Origin: Microcystis aeruginosa NIES-843
Lineage (GTDB): Bacteria; Cyanobacteriota; Cyanobacteriia; Cyanobacteriales; Microcystaceae
Assembly (NCBI RefSeq): GCF_000010625.1
Contig: NC_010296.1
Location: forward strand, 3,600,001-3,632,000
Reading direction: 5' to 3'
DNA: 32,000 nucleotides
The notes under the pieces were generated by a model. The model searched no databases and had not been told where the DNA came from. It saw only the letters and a program-made list of their open reading frames with translations. Positions 28,556 to 32,000 of the stretch are shown here, one piece after another. The position numbers and the translations under genes were made by a program. The first letter of the stretch is position 1; every line of letters starts with the position of its first letter.

Positions 28556-29102
28556 TAAGGTAATGGGATCAAGCCAATATTTAGCGAGTTTGCGATCGCG
28601 TTTGACATGGATATGGGCTGGCTCTTGTTGATCTGAACTGAAAAAGATAAAACTGTAAGGCCCAACTTGAAGGACGGTAGGCATGAGAAAAGCTATTTTA
28701 AAGGTATATTTAGCTCTATGCTCTTATTATCGAAAATTTGGGTTAAAACCCCGTCCTTTTAGGACGGCTTTAAGCTACAATGGAAAAAGCGATAACCAAG
28801 CTAAAAACTGAACCTTGACCACAGATAGTAGGGGGTTTTGTTCAGAAAAGAATTCAAATTCGGCCTTGAACGAGTAAAACTTTCTAGGAAATAAGGTTGA
28901 ACATTAGATTTTTTCGACTTGTTCAAAGTGGCCGTCCAGCATTCGGACACTCAAAACGGACGGGTCGAAAGAGTCAGACTTAAGCAATTAAGCGTTTTTC
29001 GCTATCTGCGTCAACCCCATTGACGCGACCACCCTAAAAAAGTGGCGTGGTGAGGAATCGCCGTCCGTTTTACGGCGGCGAGGATGTCAAATGTCAATTT
29101 CT

Positions 29103-29280
29103 CTAATTCACAATTACCCACAAAAAAAGAGACCCTTGCAGATATCCTGTTGTAATACCTTCAATTAAAGCTGAGTTTTTGTCTGCTTGGGCGCGGCGGC
29201 GCTTGAAGCCAACTCCCAGAGCGACGACAGCCCCCAGACCAACGAGGGCAGAGGGTTCCGGGGTTGTAGCGGGAGGAGCA
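29103..29280 (-). pseudogene. Remnant of a PEP-CTERM sorting-signal protein (C-terminal fragment only)
   Basis: The fragment reads TPEPSALVGLGAVVALGVGFKRRRAQ, that is, a PEP motif, a TM helix and an Arg cluster. The upstream part of the ORF is just a translated hairpin repeat (R3), so the body of the gene is missing. Confidence 0.4.
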
Positions 29281-29380
29281 GCATCGCATTTAAACCCACA
29301 GCTGCAATCAATGTGCATGGTGCGTTCCCCCAAAATCGATCGGTGGAGCAGTAGGAGTCACATTAGGGAACGCACCCTAC
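29281..29380. repeat. Hairpin repeat family, copy R3
   Basis: The arms lie at 29319-29331 and 29366-29376. The left flank gcatcgcatttaaacccacagctgcaat and right flank ccctacggctgc match subfamily R1. Confidence 0.85.
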
Positions 29381-29427
29381 GGCTGCGTTGTTAGACCGCG
29401 CCTCACCGAATCTCTTCTAGCACTGGC

Positions 29428-29796
29428 TCATAAGGCTTCAATCTTGACCTTACCGCCCTCAATGTTATCGACCTGCAACCGATATCTGTAAAGCAGCGCC
29501 ATTCCTAGTAGAGGCTCTGTTTCTGATTCTGCAATATCAATCTCTTGGTACTGCCCATCCCATATCACAGTCCCAGTGTACAGATCAAAATAAGTTTCAC
29601 TGCCATCACCCAGCGTGACAAAATCAGAACCACTCCAAGGTAAATTTAATGTAGCGATGATTGTAGAGGGCAAAGATAAAAATCCATTGAACCCGGTATC
29701 AATCACCGCGTCAACCGCTTGCAGTTGCCGATTTGAGTTTCCGACTACAATCCTTAGCGTGGCTTCACGCCGCAAATTTACAACACCTTCCATCAT
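29428..29796 (-). CDS. Retropepsin-like (clan AA) aspartic protease, single domain
   Basis: The ~122-aa ORF carries the catalytic motif VIDTGFNG. I place the start at the ATG at 29796, which overlaps the upstream gene's TGA (ATGA overlap), rather than at 29862. Confidence 0.75.
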   Translation of the reverse strand: MMEGVVNLRREATLRIVVGNSNRQLQAVDAVIDTGFNGFLSLPSTIIATLNLPWSGSDFVTLGDGSETYFDLYTGTVIWDGQYQEIDIAESETEPLLGMALLYRYRLQVDNIEGGKVKIEAL

Positions 29797-30068
29797 GGAT
29801 TTTTCTTCAAACTCCGTGCCCCGAAATGATAAACAGCGCGATGTCCGATACGAATGATCCAAGGTTGGGCATCGGGGTGACGTTCAAAGAGCCGATTAGT
29901 TGCAGGCACAACGTTTTCATCGACTTCAAACTCTCCAGTTTCAATGTCGATCGCTACAATCTTACCTTCATTACCGGCTTCGACTTGCTGCCGAATGCCA
30001 GATTCGTAGAGTTTTTGCCCTCGCTCGGCTAACTCATCTTTGGGATAACGCCGTTGACGAACTGCCAT
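29793..30068 (-). CDS. Small partner protein of the aspartic protease (DUF5678-like)
   Basis: The 91-aa ORF is translationally coupled to the protease by an ATGA overlap. The GKIVAIDIETGEFEVDEN segment resembles the small proteins that usually precede these proteases. Confidence 0.6.
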   Translation of the reverse strand: MAVRQRRYPKDELAERGQKLYESGIRQQVEAGNEGKIVAIDIETGEFEVDENVVPATNRLFERHPDAQPWIIRIGHRAVYHFGARSLKKNP

Positions 30069-30198
30069 CTGGTTGACCTCAACTCAGTATTTTGCCTTAA
30101 TTATACTTTGAGTTATTCTAACGAAGTGCTCCCGCTCTACTACTGATGAGCCGCCTCATCGCAAGCCCCCCAGTGGTGCACTTCAAATTTGAATCGGC

Positions 30199-30296
30199 GC
30201 TTCAATCAAGGTGCATGGTGCGTTCCCCAAAAATCGATCGCTGGAGCAGTAGGAGCCACATGAGGGAACGTACCCTACAAGATCGGCGATCTCACC
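30199..30296. repeat. Hairpin repeat family, copy R4
   Basis: The arms lie at 30217-30228 and 30264-30274, with one G-T mismatch. The right extension ctacaagatcggcgatctcac encodes the tail and stop of the DUF5615 pseudogene. Confidence 0.85.
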
Positions 30297-30646
30297 GTTA
30301 AGTCTCTCATTCTAATTTTGTCTTCTTCAATAACTGTAAAGTGTCCATACCAGTCATCCCGCAATGAGATAACCTTGGCAACTTTCTCAGCGACTACAGA
30401 TGCAGAAGGTACTCTTATTCTAAACAAAATAATACCAACACTGGCCGGCAACCTTGAACGAAAGGCGAGTTATCCAAAATCTTGATCAAATGTCAAGAGA
30501 ATACGATTTTCTGCTTGGGCGCGACTTAAAACTTCACGGTCCGAGATTCCGGGGGATTCCACCCTAATCCACAGGACATCATGGCCATTTTGTCGTAGGG
30601 CTTCAACCGCATCAAGGGGGAAATTTTCGTTCGCTAGAAAACGCAT
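30275..30646 (-). pseudogene. DUF5615 / PIN-like (Mut7-C-type) putative toxin with an in-frame TAA
   Basis: The protein reads MRFLANENFPLDAVEALRQNGHDVLWI...TFDQDFG*LAFR.... The family consensus at this point is DFGELAF, so the TAA at 30472-30470 is consistent with a single-base change, GAA to TAA. Confidence 0.75.
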
Positions 30647-30649
30647 CAG

Positions 30650-30880
30650 TTAAGCAGGAATAGCATAGACTTTCTCAGATTTGAGCATTACACTAGCATA
30701 GCTAAGACAAGCTTGAATATCTTCTACTGTAATACCTGGGTAGTTTCGCAGAATTTCATCAATACTCCAACCTTGGGCGAGAAGATCGATGATAAATTCA
30801 ACCGCAATCCTTGTTCCTTTAATGATAGGTTTTCCCACCAAAATATCGGGATTTAGTGTAATTCGAGTTTCCCAGTCCAT
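30650..30880 (-). CDS. DUF433-family protein (putative antitoxin partner of DUF5615)
   Basis: The sequence is MDWETRITLNPDILVGKPIIKGTRIAVEFIIDLLAQGWSIDEILRNYPGITVEDIQACLSYA. I place the start at the ATG at 30880; the longer listed ORF runs into hairpin repeat R5. Confidence 0.8.
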   Translation of the reverse strand: MDWETRITLNPDILVGKPIIKGTRIAVEFIIDLLAQGWSIDEILRNYPGITVEDIQACLSYASVMLKSEKVYAIPA

Positions 30881-30946
30881 AGCTACATCATTGAAAGTGT
30901 TTTCAAAAAGGTAAAGGCTGCGTGGGACGCACCCTACAATATCTCG

Positions 30947-31072
30947 TTTTATTATAACAGGATTTGGTATCACAACTTCAATCAATGTGCATGGTGCGTT
31001 CCCCAAAAATCGATCGGTGGAGCAGTGGGAGCCACATTAGGGAACGCACCCTACGAGATCGGCGATCGCACT
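30947..31072. repeat. Hairpin repeat family, copy R5, plus a partial right-end copy at 30924-30937
   Basis: The arms lie at 30993-31004 and 31040-31050. The right extension ctacgagatcggcgatcgcac encodes the tail (RVRSPIS) and stop of the DUF2442 gene. Confidence 0.85.
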
Positions 31073-31365
31073 CGATTATTTAACCAACGCTTCAAGGATT
31101 TTTGACTTTCCCCTGATGGTTGGCCAAGAATCAAGTTTTTAGTGCTAATGTCTTCATCTAGTTGATTCCAATGGATTCCACTGCCACCAGCGATCAAGCG
31201 ATAATCATTGCGCTCCTCAATTGAGCCATGCAGGAGCCGAGGATACCATGCCAGGGGAACAGATATAGTGCGCCCATCAGACAAATCTACACTGAGTGTG
31301 TCATCTGTGATGGCCAATTGCTGAATAGCCAATGTTTCAAATACTTCATTCGTTAAAAAAGTCAT
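31051..31365 (-). CDS. DUF2442-family protein (second copy)
   Basis: The 104-aa ORF carries the LSDGRTISVPLAWYPRL and IHWNQLDEDI motifs. Confidence 0.8.
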   Translation of the reverse strand: MTFLTNEVFETLAIQQLAITDDTLSVDLSDGRTISVPLAWYPRLLHGSIEERNDYRLIAGGSGIHWNQLDEDISTKNLILGQPSGESQKSLKRWLNNRVRSPIS

Positions 31366-31583
31366 TCCAGCCTGCTAGTAATTGTTCTTGGTTTTCTTGA
31401 ACAAGTTTTTGAATGCGGTTAATTTCGGTGCGGTTAAATCCTTGGTTACTCTGAAGACGAAGCGGCTGAAGCCAGAATTTAGCGATCTCTCGATCTCGTT
31501 CAACATGGATGTGAGGTGGCTCCGAAGCGATCGCCTGCGTAGCAAAAGAATCGATATGGGCCAACGGTCAACAGCGTGGGCAT
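31346..31583 (-). pseudogene. DUF4160-family gene with a +1 frameshift
   Basis: The ATG at 31583 gives MPTLLTVGPYRFFCYAGDR, after which the frame breaks. The remainder, SEPPHIHVERDREIAKFWL...FFNE*, is in the frame of the listed ORF 31346..31564. The span is 238 nt (3n+1), with the extra base near 31525-31526 in GATCGCTTCGG. Confidence 0.75.
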
Positions 31584-31675
31584 TCAAAAGTTTTGCTCTA
31601 AATATCTCAAACATAGCTGAATGCCTCGCTGACTGTCAATCTGTGAATATGCTCATGTAGGCCAAAGGCTATTTA

Positions 31676-31885
31676 GGGTCTGCTGAAAAAGTTTTTCGTG
31701 GGGACAGGGTGTGGGAACAGGGTGTGGGGTGTGGGTTTTTACCGATTCTCATCTGGTCAATTACCTAATTTTCAGAGAAAAAGTACCTGAATTTTCCCCG
31801 ATCTCTCCCAGAACTGGTACTTTTTGATTTCCAAAAGGTCTAAAAGTCTTATCCAACAAAGTTTTTAGATTTATTCAGCAAACCC
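31676..31885 (+). mobile_element. G-rich-core MITE, copy D (210 bp)
   Basis: The ends are GGGTCTGCTGAAAAAG... and ...TTCAGCAAACCC. The 6-bp TSD TATTTA lies at 31670-31675 and 31886-31891. Confidence 0.85.
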
Positions 31886-32000
31886 TATTTAAGGTTAAGA
31901 ACAATACAAGATTAGCGTTCGCAGTTTAGTTCCGAAGGTGTTGGATTTCTTTTCGTCAACCCAAGCTACAAGATCAGCGATCTGCTACGCAGTGCCTTCG

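Larger units (their letters stand above)
27019..28684 (-). pseudogene. DUF4160-family gene split by an ISAs1 insertion
   Basis: The N-terminal piece is 28684-28556 (MPTVLQVGPYSFIFFSSDQQEPAHIHVKRDRKLAKYWLDPITL). The C-terminal piece is 27126-27019 (EKNRGFKEHELNQIAKLITEHQPAILTPWHDYFDP*). They join in frame when the IS and one TSD copy are removed. The 3' end overlaps the DUF2442 start, as in the second pair. Confidence 0.85.

Noticed and set aside
30881-31006. The N-terminal extension of the DUF433 ORF (MGNAPCTLIEVV...), and the similar ORFs 29103..29333 (N-terminal part), 26434..26658 and 29179..29394.
   Set aside because: These segments are translations of the hairpin repeat units, and the same peptide-like strings recur wherever the repeat occurs. 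They are not genuine coding sequence.
29281-31072. Calling the hairpin repeats bona fide integron attC sites.
   Set aside because: GTTRRRY-like heptamers lie near R3 (GTTAGAC, 29390-29396), R4 (GTTAAGT, 30297-30303) and R5 (GTTAAAT on the minus strand, about 31075-31081). I could not find matching R'/R'' core pairs for R1 or R2, and no intI-like recombinase is in the window. Only the architectural analogy is kept, as a hypothesis.
31375-31660. ORFs 31375..31614 (-) and 31382..31660 (+).
   Set aside because: The first is the out-of-frame continuation produced by the DUF4160 frameshift. The second is antisense to it. Neither has recognisable features.

Overview
This is a cyanobacterial chromosomal window. 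The evidence is multiple HIP1 GCGATCGC sites, STRR-like heptamer tandem repeats, and acsF and bamA-lpxC genes. The IS/MITE load and repeat style look Microcystis-like, but that is inference only.

Bases 1-16 kb are mostly housekeeping. They hold the tail of an unknown ORF, an intact ISL3 insertion with an 8-bp TSD, bamA-lpxC, and a sharply GC-rich foreign-looking orphan gene directly after lpxC. These are followed by acsF, a Zn-ribbon protein with a (PMQ)n repeat, clpB, a GNAT gene split by a 122-bp MITE, a Gly-zipper repeat protein, metF and an SGNH hydrolase.

Bases 16-32 kb are an accessory region with two parts.

(1) A mobile-element pile-up. It includes an IS5-like element and a five-level nest: ISKra4-like > IS701-like > 0.2-kb MITE > ORF-less group II intron > IS630. 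A second identical copy of the intron sits in another copy of the same MITE. An IS1380 element and an ISAs1 element are also present.

(2) A minus-strand array of small two-gene toxin-antitoxin-like cassettes: DUF4160/DUF2442 twice, DUF433/DUF5615, and a small protein plus retropepsin-like protease. Each cassette is followed at its 3' end by a copy of a ~100-bp hairpin repeat. The same repeat abuts the GC-rich orphan gene.

The most interesting candidates are three:
- an ORF-less group II intron whose homing site lies inside a MITE;
- the hairpin-repeat-delimited cassette architecture, which is integron/CALIN-like in layout although no integrase is seen;
- the GC-rich orphan, which has a PARG/macrodomain-like G-C-G-x-F loop.

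All family assignments come from motif recognition by eye; no searches were run.
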